The position numbers and the translations under genes are program-made. 17,570 nucleotides of DNA from Candidatus Methanomethylicia archaeon (GTDB taxonomy: Archaea; Thermoproteota; Methanomethylicia; CALHIW01). Positions within the stretch are counted from its first letter, which is position 1, and each line of letters begins with the position of its first letter. Below are positions 7,847 to 15,469 of this stretch, piece by piece. Location: NCBI GenBank assembly GCA_038845975.1, contig JAWBQF010000043.1:1-17570 (forward strand). Reading direction: 5' to 3'. The notes beneath the pieces were generated by a model that was not told the DNA's origin, searched no databases, and saw nothing but the letters and a program-made list of their open reading frames with translations.

Positions 7847-8742
7847 GCCTCTTTATATTCATGACCGCCAAACTCATATCTTAATGCTGAAATAACTTTT
7901 GCAATAAATGAGTCGTTATTTCTCGAGGAGTAACGAATATTTAAAGCAGCATTAATAGCCGGTACTGGAACTTCTAATTCTAATGCTGTTTGAGCTGCCC
8001 ATCTTCCAGTTTCACCACCTCCTATCCAACGTCCTATTTTACTTAACTCTGGATCTTTCTTTAAAGCTCTCTCGGCTAACTCAAGCAACCAAGATCTTAC
8101 AACACTACCTTTTTTCCATATTTCTGCAATCTTAGGTAAATCTAATTTATAAGGGGCAGATTTTAATAAAGCAAAACCTTCACCATACGCTTCCAATATT
8201 GCATATAACACACCATTATGAACCATTTTGACGTAATGTCCAGCGCCACTCTCTCCTAAGTACGCATATGCTCCAGGAGCAGATAATGATTCAAATATTG
8301 GTTTAGCAATTTCAAAAGCTTCTTTATCTCCTCCTATCATAAAGCACACACCTTTTTCAGCTCCTTCTATTCCACCACTTGTCCCTACATCCAGAAAGTA
8401 TATTTTCTTTTCTTTAAGCCAATTAGCTCTCCTAATAGAGTCTTTAAAGTAGGAGTTCCCAGCATCTATAATTATATCTCCTTCTGAAAGCTCTGGAAGT
8501 AACTCATTTATCGTCTCATCAACTGGTTTTCCTGCGCGAATCGATAGAAATATAACTCTCGGTTTTGGAAGTTTGCGAGCAAGATCCCTTAAAGATTCAG
8601 CTATAATTGCTCCTCTAGCTTCAACCTCTTTAAGAGCTGTTATATTATGCGGTGTATAGGCAACTACTTCATGACCCCGTTTCAATAGATTTAAAACCAT
8701 AGGTTTTCCCATCTTGCCTAATCCAATAAAACCAAGTTTCAT
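7843..8742 (-). CDS. gnd: Short-form 6-phosphogluconate dehydrogenase-like protein (catalytic Glu replaced by Leu)
   Basis: 299 aa; 'GFIGLGKMG', 'IDAGNS', 'DVGTSGG', 'GAGHYVKMVHNG', 'GSVVRSWLL', 'GRW', 'ALRYEFGGH'; RBS AGAGGGA upstream. The symbol indicates family only. Confidence 0.85.
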   Translation of the reverse strand: MKLGFIGLGKMGKPMVLNLLKRGHEVVAYTPHNITALKEVEARGAIIAESLRDLARKLPKPRVIFLSIRAGKPVDETINELLPELSEGDIIIDAGNSYFKDSIRRANWLKEKKIYFLDVGTSGGIEGAEKGVCFMIGGDKEAFEIAKPIFESLSAPGAYAYLGESGAGHYVKMVHNGVLYAILEAYGEGFALLKSAPYKLDLPKIAEIWKKGSVVRSWLLELAERALKKDPELSKIGRWIGGGETGRWAAQTALELEVPVPAINAALNIRYSSRNNDSFIAKVISALRYEFGGHEYKEA

Positions 8743-8783
8743 AATTTAATCCCTCTTAAATTTTATTGTAGGGTTAGAAGAAG

Positions 8784-8797
8784 CTAATAAATTTTTG
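8784..8797 (-). promoter_or_regulatory. Putative BRE+TATA promoter of the gnd-like gene
   Basis: Minus strand CAAAAA-TTTATTAG, ~42 nt upstream of ATG. Confidence 0.4.
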
Positions 8798-8835
8798 TGT
8801 TAGTAATTGCTGTTGAATAAAGTATTATTTATAAT

Positions 8836-8850
8836 GAAAAAACTTATAAA
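8836..8850 (+). promoter_or_regulatory. Putative BRE+TATA promoter of the flavoenzyme gene
   Basis: GAAAAAA-CTTATAAA; predicted TSS near 8873. Confidence 0.45.
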
Positions 8851-8908
8851 GAGTAATAAACATAATAAATAGTTGGAATTTATAGTTGTAGCTTTTAAAA
8901 TTGGGGGG

Positions 8909-11035
8909 ATGTTTTTGTTTTCTAACCTTAAGTACCCGAATCTTTTCAAGCCAATATGGATAGGAAATATCGAAATAAAAAATAGGATAGTTCATGTCCC
9001 TACAGATATAAGTAGTTCAAATGCTGATGGAAGTGTTAATGAAAGAGTAATACATTATCATGAGGAAATAGCTAAGTCTGGAGTTGGATTAATAGAGGTG
9101 GGAGCTACAACTCCTGATAGTAAAACTGGCCGTCCAACTGTTACATGTCTTGTAGCTGACGATGATAATTATATACCTGGTCTTCATAGGTTAGCTAGAG
9201 CTATGCAACGGTACGGAGCTAAGTGTACAGTACAAATACAGCATCCAGGTAGGCAAGCAGCTATACCAAGGTATGGTCAAGTTTCATGTAGTGATTTGGT
9301 TACGTATCAACCAGCATCAGCTGGACATGAAATAGTATATGCTACAGCTGAGGCTAAAGGAAAGGAAGCTAGAGCTATGACTATTGAGGAAATATACACT
9401 TTGATAGATAAGTTTTCTGAAGCTGCATGGCGGGTTCAACAAGCAGGGTTTGATGGGGTAACACTTCATGCTGCTCATGGATATCTTATAGCTCAATTTA
9501 TGAGTCCATATACAAACAGGAGAAATGATAGATTTGGCGGTTCCTTTGAAAATAGAATGAGATTCCCCCTAGAGATAATAAAAGATATACAAAGAAAATG
9601 CGGTTCAGATTTCCCAATAATATTCCGTTATTCAGCTGATGAATTTGTTCCTGGCGGAAGAACGCTTAACGAAAGCATAAAAATTGCGGAAGTTTTAGAG
9701 AATGCTGGTGTTGCTGCACTTGATATAAGTGCTGGTACCTTTGATACTCCAGGCCCTGTAATGGATCCTATGTATTATCCGGAAGGATGGTGTGTTTACA
9801 TGGCTGAAGCTATTAAAAAAGCAGTTTCTATTCCAGTTATAATCAGTCATAGTCTTAGAGACCCGGGATTTTGTGATAGATTAATAGCAGAAAATAAAAC
9901 TGACATGGTTGGATTCTCAAGACAATTTATAGCAGATCCATATTGGACACTAAAAGCTTACTATGGAAAGACTGAAGATATCAGAAAATGTATTTCATGT
10001 TTAGTTGGATGCTGGCAAGAATCACTTATGATTAAACATGAACTTAAATGCGCAATTAATCCAGCAGTAGGAGATGAAAGATTTTGGAATATACCTAAAG
10101 CTTCTAAAAGAATGCAGATAGCAATAATTGGCGGTGGACCAGCGGGAATGGAAGCTGCTAGGATAGCTAGTTTAAGAGGGCATAAAGTCACAATATTTGA
10201 AAAGGAAGGAGAGCTTGGAGGAGCTATGAAATATTGCTGTATGGTTCCTGGTAAATCAAAGATGAGATGGTACATGGATTGGATAAGAAATCAAATGAAA
10301 AAGTTAAATGTAGAGGTTAATTTAAGAGTTGAACCTTCATTAGATGAATTAAGTAAATATGATTTTGTATTAATTGGTACAGGAGCAAAAAGCTTTAAAC
10401 CAGATATACCTGGAGTAGAAAAAGCAGTTAAATTTGAAGATGTTCTTAGATGTGATAAATTTAATTGTCCATGGCATCCAGGTGATAGACCAGGACCTAT
10501 TGAAGTAGGTGAGAAAGTTTTAATTTGGGGAGATCATTTTGCTGGAGCAGATACAGCAGAAGCCTTAGCTTTTGCTGGAAAAGAAGTTTTCATTGTAACT
10601 GAAAATAAAGAGTTTGCATCAACAATAGAACCTGTACATCGTGATGTTTTAATGAAGAGATTAGCGGGAAAAAATGGTGAAGGCCTTACCGGTAAAACTG
10701 CTAATATACCTGTGAGAATAATTACAAACTCTACTGTTCATGAGATTTCAAATAATAAAGTTGTAATTCGAGATAATAAATTCGTTAAACGAGAAATAAG
10801 TATTGATACAGTAGTGCTCGCTCATACAGAGCCTAATATAGGTCCATATAAGGAGTTAATAAAGGCTGGAGTTAAAGCAGTACTCATGGGAGATGCTGTA
10901 AAAGTTAGGAACCTTCTTCATGCTACTAAGGAAGGAGCTCATTACGCTCTAGAAGTAGATGGTGACACAATAATGAATGCAAACTTGCAACCTTGCCGTG
11001 CTCTTCCATTGGAAATACAATTACTCTTTACTTAA
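8909..11035 (+). CDS. Old-yellow-enzyme family FMN/4Fe-4S/FAD oxidoreductase (FadH/BaiCD/TMADH-type architecture)
   Basis: 'YPNLFKPIWIGNIEIKNRI', 'QIQHPGRQ', 'HAAHGYLIAQFMSPYTNRRNDRFGGSFENRMRF', Fe-S 'CISCLVGC..CAINP', 'IIGGGPAGMEAA'. Start uncertain (TTG 8873, ATG 8909 or TTG 8915). Confidence 0.9.
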   Translation: MFLFSNLKYPNLFKPIWIGNIEIKNRIVHVPTDISSSNADGSVNERVIHYHEEIAKSGVGLIEVGATTPDSKTGRPTVTCLVADDDNYIPGLHRLARAMQRYGAKCTVQIQHPGRQAAIPRYGQVSCSDLVTYQPASAGHEIVYATAEAKGKEARAMTIEEIYTLIDKFSEAAWRVQQAGFDGVTLHAAHGYLIAQFMSPYTNRRNDRFGGSFENRMRFPLEIIKDIQRKCGSDFPIIFRYSADEFVPGGRTLNESIKIAEVLENAGVAALDISAGTFDTPGPVMDPMYYPEGWCVYMAEAIKKAVSIPVIISHSLRDPGFCDRLIAENKTDMVGFSRQFIADPYWTLKAYYGKTEDIRKCISCLVGCWQESLMIKHELKCAINPAVGDERFWNIPKASKRMQIAIIGGGPAGMEAARIASLRGHKVTIFEKEGELGGAMKYCCMVPGKSKMRWYMDWIRNQMKKLNVEVNLRVEPSLDELSKYDFVLIGTGAKSFKPDIPGVEKAVKFEDVLRCDKFNCPWHPGDRPGPIEVGEKVLIWGDHFAGADTAEALAFAGKEVFIVTENKEFASTIEPVHRDVLMKRLAGKNGEGLTGKTANIPVRIITNSTVHEISNNKVVIRDNKFVKREISIDTVVLAHTEPNIGPYKELIKAGVKAVLMGDAVKVRNLLHATKEGAHYALEVDGDTIMNANLQPCRALPLEIQLLFT

Positions 11036-11278
11036 TTTAAATTTTATTCCAGATATTATAAGCAATATAAACATAAATAAAATACCGGTACACCATAAAT
11101 GAAATAGTATTGAATATTGCCATGTTTTAAGAAGAACTATTCCATCAATAATTCCAAATATTGCTAAAAACCATAAAATTCCCTTAATAACTTTAGGAAC
11201 GACTTTTGTTGTATAAACTATAAATATTATGAATAACCCAAATGCGAGTAATCCAACTATAGCTAAAGATTCATACAT
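11021..11278 (-). CDS. Small integral membrane protein (about 3 TM), last gene of the ABC operon
   Basis: 85 aa, three hydrophobic segments, GGGTGA RBS, 16 nt after the ATPase stop. Confidence 0.7.
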   Translation of the reverse strand: MYESLAIVGLLAFGLFIIFIVYTTKVVPKVIKGILWFLAIFGIIDGIVLLKTWQYSILFHLWCTGILFMFILLIISGIKFKLSKE

Positions 11279-11294
11279 TCTCTCTTCACCCTTA

Positions 11295-12374
11295 TTATAT
11301 TAAAGCCTTCCCTTTCTTATCGAAAATGTGTATTTTTTCTGGATTTAAATCTAACCACATTTGTTTATCTATTTTATACTCTACCCAAGGATCCCCTATA
11401 ACTTCAAGAACTTTTTTATCATTTGTTTCTACCTTTATTAAAGTTTTAGAACCAATAGATTCGTAATCCACTATAGTAACCTTTATTGCACGTTCGGAAT
11501 GCGGTTCATCAGATAAATATAAATCTTCAGGTCTAACTCCAACCAAAAACTCTGTTGAAGTTCTAAGCAACTCAGCATAATTACTTACATCTATCTTAAA
11601 AGGTCCAATTAAATAGGCTTTTCCATTTTTCTCTTCATAAAAGTATTCATTTAGATTCATTGGAGGTGAACCAATCATTTGAGCAACCACATTATTAGCG
11701 GGATGATTATAAAGCTCATTAGGGGAACCAATTTGTTCTACACATCCATTAAATAGTACACATATTCTTTCAGCCATAGACATTGCTTCTGCTTGATCAT
11801 GAGTTGAAAATATAATCGTTTGTCCTATCTCTTTTGCTAACCGCTTAAGTTCAACTCTCATATTTATTCTAAGTAAAGCGTCTATATTGCTTAATGGTTC
11901 ATCAAGCAGGATCACTTTAGGTCTCCTAACAATAGCTCTTGCTAAAGCTACTCTTTGTCTTTCACCTCCACTAAAAGTAGCAGGTTTCCTGTCCAAAAGA
12001 TGCTCTATTTTAAGCAATTTAGCAACTCTCATTACGCTTTCTTTTATTTCACTTTCACTTATTCTTCTAATCCTTAATGGGAATGCTATATTCTCATAAC
12101 CAGTTTTGTCTGGAAATAAAACAAGATTTTCAAATTGCATTGAAACATCTCTATAACGTGGAGGTAAATCATTCACTAATTGGTTATCAATATATACATT
12201 TCCTTCATCAGCTTTAACTACACCAGCTATAATTTTAAGCGTTGTAGTTTTTCCTGCACCTGGTGGACCTAATATACAAAAAAATTCCTTGTCTTTCACC
12301 TCAAAACTTACGTTCTGTAATACTTTCTTTCCTCTGAAGCTTTTACTTACATTCTCAAATTTTACAGAAGCCAT
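11295..12374 (-). CDS. CUT1 sugar ABC transporter ATP-binding protein (MalK-like, subunit 2)
   Basis: Walker A GPPGAGKTT, signature FSGGERQR, Walker B LLDEP, H-loop THDQ, C-terminal TOBE region with 'GVRPE'. Confidence 0.93.
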   Translation of the reverse strand: MASVKFENVSKSFRGKKVLQNVSFEVKDKEFFCILGPPGAGKTTTLKIIAGVVKADEGNVYIDNQLVNDLPPRYRDVSMQFENLVLFPDKTGYENIAFPLRIRRISESEIKESVMRVAKLLKIEHLLDRKPATFSGGERQRVALARAIVRRPKVILLDEPLSNIDALLRINMRVELKRLAKEIGQTIIFSTHDQAEAMSMAERICVLFNGCVEQIGSPNELYNHPANNVVAQMIGSPPMNLNEYFYEEKNGKAYLIGPFKIDVSNYAELLRTSTEFLVGVRPEDLYLSDEPHSERAIKVTIVDYESIGSKTLIKVETNDKKVLEVIGDPWVEYKIDKQMWLDLNPEKIHIFDKKGKALI

Positions 12375-12389
12375 TAAAATAAACCCCCT

Positions 12390-13478
12390 TTATACAATAA
12401 CTTTTTCGGTTTTCTTGTCTATTATATGAATTTTATTGATATCAAATTCTATATATTTTCTTTCTCCAGGATTAGCAATAAATGTTCGTGAAGTAGAAAT
12501 TCTCATTAAGTACTGCCCTAGAGTAGCATCAACTATTGCTTCACTTCCAAGAGGTTCATAAGCTTCTATAATTACCTCTATAGAGTTTTTTGATACAGGT
12601 TCGTGAAAAATTTTAATATTTTCTGGTCTTACTCCTAAAATTAGTTCATTGCTGGAGCATTCTTTTAAGATTATTTCTCGGTATTTTGAAACATCAATTT
12701 TAGCAATTCCAAAATCAAGATATCCTCCATCTTTATCAACGAAACTACAATCTAGAAAATTCATTGGAGGGGCTCCAATAAACCCAGCTACAAATTTTGT
12801 CTTTGGAGTATTATATATTTCTTTTGGAGTACCATATTGGTGTAAAACACCTAAATTCATTACAGCTATTTTATCTGAAATAGCAATGGCTTCAAGTTGA
12901 TCATGCGTTACATATATTACTGTTTGTTTAATAGTTCTTTGTAACCTTCTTATCTCTCTTCTCATTTTAGCTCTAAGAGCAGCATCTAAATTGCTAAGAG
13001 GTTCATCAAGCAAGAGAATTGAAGGATTTGTTACAAGTGTTCTAGCTAATGCGACACTTTGGAGCTCACTTTGACTCATATGTTTTGGCATTAAATTTAA
13101 TATACCCTGAATATTAAGAAGTTCAGCTACCTCCATAACTCTTTTACGAATTTCTTCTTTAGGCACTTTTCTAATTTTTAATCCAAAAGCTATATTATCA
13201 AAAGCGTTCATTGTTGGAAATATAGCATAATCTTGGAATACAAGCCCAACATTTCTTTCTTGAGGTTTTAACTCATTTACTACTTTATCATTAAAATATA
13301 TTTCCCCACTTGTTGGTGAAGTAAGACCAGCTATCATTCTTAATGTGGTAGTTTTCCCGCATCCTGATGGCCCTAGGAAAGATACAAGAGTGCCACTATC
13401 AATCGTAAGGGTTAAATCGTTAACAGCTACGAGCTTTCCAAATTCTTTTCTAAGTTTCACTAATTTTACTTCAGTCAA
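12390..13478 (-). CDS. CUT1 sugar ABC transporter ATP-binding protein (MalK-like, subunit 1, degenerate signature)
   Basis: Walker A GPSGCGKTT, Q-loop VFQDY, Walker B LLLDEP, THDQ, 'GVRPE'; signature is MSQSE. Confidence 0.93.
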   Translation of the reverse strand: MTEVKLVKLRKEFGKLVAVNDLTLTIDSGTLVSFLGPSGCGKTTTLRMIAGLTSPTSGEIYFNDKVVNELKPQERNVGLVFQDYAIFPTMNAFDNIAFGLKIRKVPKEEIRKRVMEVAELLNIQGILNLMPKHMSQSELQSVALARTLVTNPSILLLDEPLSNLDAALRAKMRREIRRLQRTIKQTVIYVTHDQLEAIAISDKIAVMNLGVLHQYGTPKEIYNTPKTKFVAGFIGAPPMNFLDCSFVDKDGGYLDFGIAKIDVSKYREIILKECSSNELILGVRPENIKIFHEPVSKNSIEVIIEAYEPLGSEAIVDATLGQYLMRISTSRTFIANPGERKYIEFDINKIHIIDKKTEKVIV

Positions 13479-13481
13479 TTT

Positions 13482-14348
13482 TTATCCCCTAATCGCTCCG
13501 AAAGTTAAGCCTCTTACTAGATGTTTCTGAATAATTAATGAAAAGACTATAAGCGGTATAACTACTACAGTACCAAATGCAGCCTGTGGGCCATAAAGTT
13601 GACCAGAATATGTAAAGAAGTTTTTAACTTGAACTGGTATTGTTATTATTGCGCCATGCGTCAATATTAATGCCAATAAGAATTCGCACCAATTTAATAT
13701 AAATACAAAAAGAGCGGTAGCTGCGATTCCTCCTCTAATTAATGGTAAGGTAACTTTAAAATGAGATTCTAATGCAGACATACCGTCTATTTGAGCGGCT
13801 TCTTCAAGTTCTTTAGGTATTTCTTCTATAAAACTAGCAATCATCCAAGTTGAATATGGAGATGTAAAACATGCATAAGCTAGAATTAACCCTATATATG
13901 TATCTACTAGCCCTATAATTGAGTATAGTATTAAGAGAGGTATTGCCGCAACTATAGGTGGAGCCATGCGAGCTGCAAGAAGAAATATAGGAAAGAATTC
14001 CCCCCCCATTCTGTAACGACTTATTCCAAAAGCTGCTAGTAACCCAATTACTAATGATAGAATTGTCCCTCCAGCACTACATATGGCACTATCTATTATA
14101 GATTTAGTAACATTAGGAACCCTAGCTACAAAGCCTCCACCAAGCGCTCCACCAGTAAAGATGCTTATATAATTATCAATTGCTAATTTCTCTGGAATAA
14201 AGATAGGGGGGTAAGTAACCCATTCTCCAATGGACTTCAAAGAAGTGGATATTATCCAAAATATTGGGAATAATGTTAGCACTAATCCTATTAAAATTAA
14301 GATCCAACCACTTATTGTTTGTTTTTCAGCTACTTCTTCTACACTCAT
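13482..14348 (-). CDS. Carbohydrate ABC transporter permease (MalG-like)
   Basis: 288 aa multi-TM, EAA loop 'ELEEAAQIDGMS', C-terminal 'QKHLVRGLTFGAIRG'. Confidence 0.92.
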   Translation of the reverse strand: MSVEEVAEKQTISGWILILIGLVLTLFPIFWIISTSLKSIGEWVTYPPIFIPEKLAIDNYISIFTGGALGGGFVARVPNVTKSIIDSAICSAGGTILSLVIGLLAAFGISRYRMGGEFFPIFLLAARMAPPIVAAIPLLILYSIIGLVDTYIGLILAYACFTSPYSTWMIASFIEEIPKELEEAAQIDGMSALESHFKVTLPLIRGGIAATALFVFILNWCEFLLALILTHGAIITIPVQVKNFFTYSGQLYGPQAAFGTVVVIPLIVFSLIIQKHLVRGLTFGAIRG

Positions 14349-15259
14349 CTTTCTCTCCTTCTTAAAATTGATCTAGCAGCAGGTGAAGTTATAAACAAAA
14401 CAAGAATTAAAATAATCATAGCTATTGATGAACCATATCCAAGCAGGCCAGCATGAATAGCTGCTATATATGTGTAGATTGATAATGTTTCTGTTGCGAA
14501 TCCAGGTCCTCCCCCAGTTAAAATAAATGGCATATCAAATAGTTTTATAGCTTCTATAAACCTAATTACTAAAGCTATAATCATAATATTCCTTAGCATC
14601 GGAAGTTTTATGTACCGAATTATTTGCCATTCAGAGGCCCCTAATACTTTAGCAGCTTCTATCGGGCTTTGAGGTAAGGAAACCATACCAGAAAATAATA
14701 TTAGAAACATAAATGGTGTCCATTGCCAAACATCCGTAAGTATTATTGCAATCATCGCGGATCCTGCTCTAGAAAGCCAAGGGTAGATAATTTCTCGCCC
14801 TATTAACTTTCCGAATATAAAGTTAATTGGACCTGTTGGCTGGAACATCATCCAAAAGTTATATCCTACAACAACAGGCATAAAAAACATTGGAATTAAA
14901 AACATTGTTATAAGAATTTTTTTCCCTATAAAAGCTCTTGAAAATAGTAAGGCACCAATTAATCCTAAAAGGAATTCTAAACTAACTGCTATACCTGCCA
15001 TTAGAAAAGTTCTACCAACAGAAAGCCAAAGTCTAATATCTTTAAATACTCTAATAAATCCTAAACCATAGTTAAAATGAGCAAACCACCATTCTCCTCG
15101 TCCAGGCTCCCAATCAGAGAAACTAAGGTAAATCTCTAGAAGAAATGGAAAGAGCAATAATAAGAAAAGTAATACGTAAATTGGACCATGAAAGATTAAG
15201 AATCTACCTGAAGGAGTTTCACCAAATTTTAGGATTGCCTCTTTCCATTTATTCTTCAT
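14345..15259 (-). CDS. Carbohydrate ABC transporter permease (MalF-like)
   Basis: 304 aa multi-TM, 'DVWQWTPFMFL', EAA loop 'IEAAKVLGAS', 'LTGGGPG'; ATGA overlap with the next permease. Confidence 0.92.
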   Translation of the reverse strand: MKNKWKEAILKFGETPSGRFLIFHGPIYVLLFLLLLFPFLLEIYLSFSDWEPGRGEWWFAHFNYGLGFIRVFKDIRLWLSVGRTFLMAGIAVSLEFLLGLIGALLFSRAFIGKKILITMFLIPMFFMPVVVGYNFWMMFQPTGPINFIFGKLIGREIIYPWLSRAGSAMIAIILTDVWQWTPFMFLILFSGMVSLPQSPIEAAKVLGASEWQIIRYIKLPMLRNIMIIALVIRFIEAIKLFDMPFILTGGGPGFATETLSIYTYIAAIHAGLLGYGSSIAMIILILVLFITSPAARSILRRRER

Positions 15260-15313
15260 ATAGTTAATGCACCAGCAGTAAAGAGTCGAAATTATTATTT
15301 TAACGCTTATTCA

Positions 15314-15327
15314 CTTATAAATTTTTC
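15314..15327 (-). promoter_or_regulatory. Internal BRE+TATA promoter for the permease/ATPase genes
   Basis: Minus strand GAAAAA-TTTATAAG, 13/14 identical to the tRNA promoter, within a 210-nt gap. Confidence 0.5.
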
Positions 15328-15441
15328 TTATGCGCATTTTAACGATTATACATCCTCCCCATTAAGTTAAAATTTTTCCTCCACTTTTAGTATTAAAATA
15401 AGGGACCATAAGAATTAAGGCATAAACAAAATATTAAATTT

Positions 15442-15461
15442 ATAAAAAAGAAAAGAGGAGG
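15442..15461 (-). terminator. Archaeal oligo-U terminator candidate after the SBP gene
   Basis: Minus strand CCTCCTCTTTTCTTTTTTAT, 8 nt after the stop. Confidence 0.45.
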
Positions 15462-15469
15462 TTTTAGGT

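Noticed and set aside
2905-10275. Minus-strand ORFs 2905-3090, 7561-7800 and 9961-10275
   Set aside because: Antisense to well-supported genes and without motifs.
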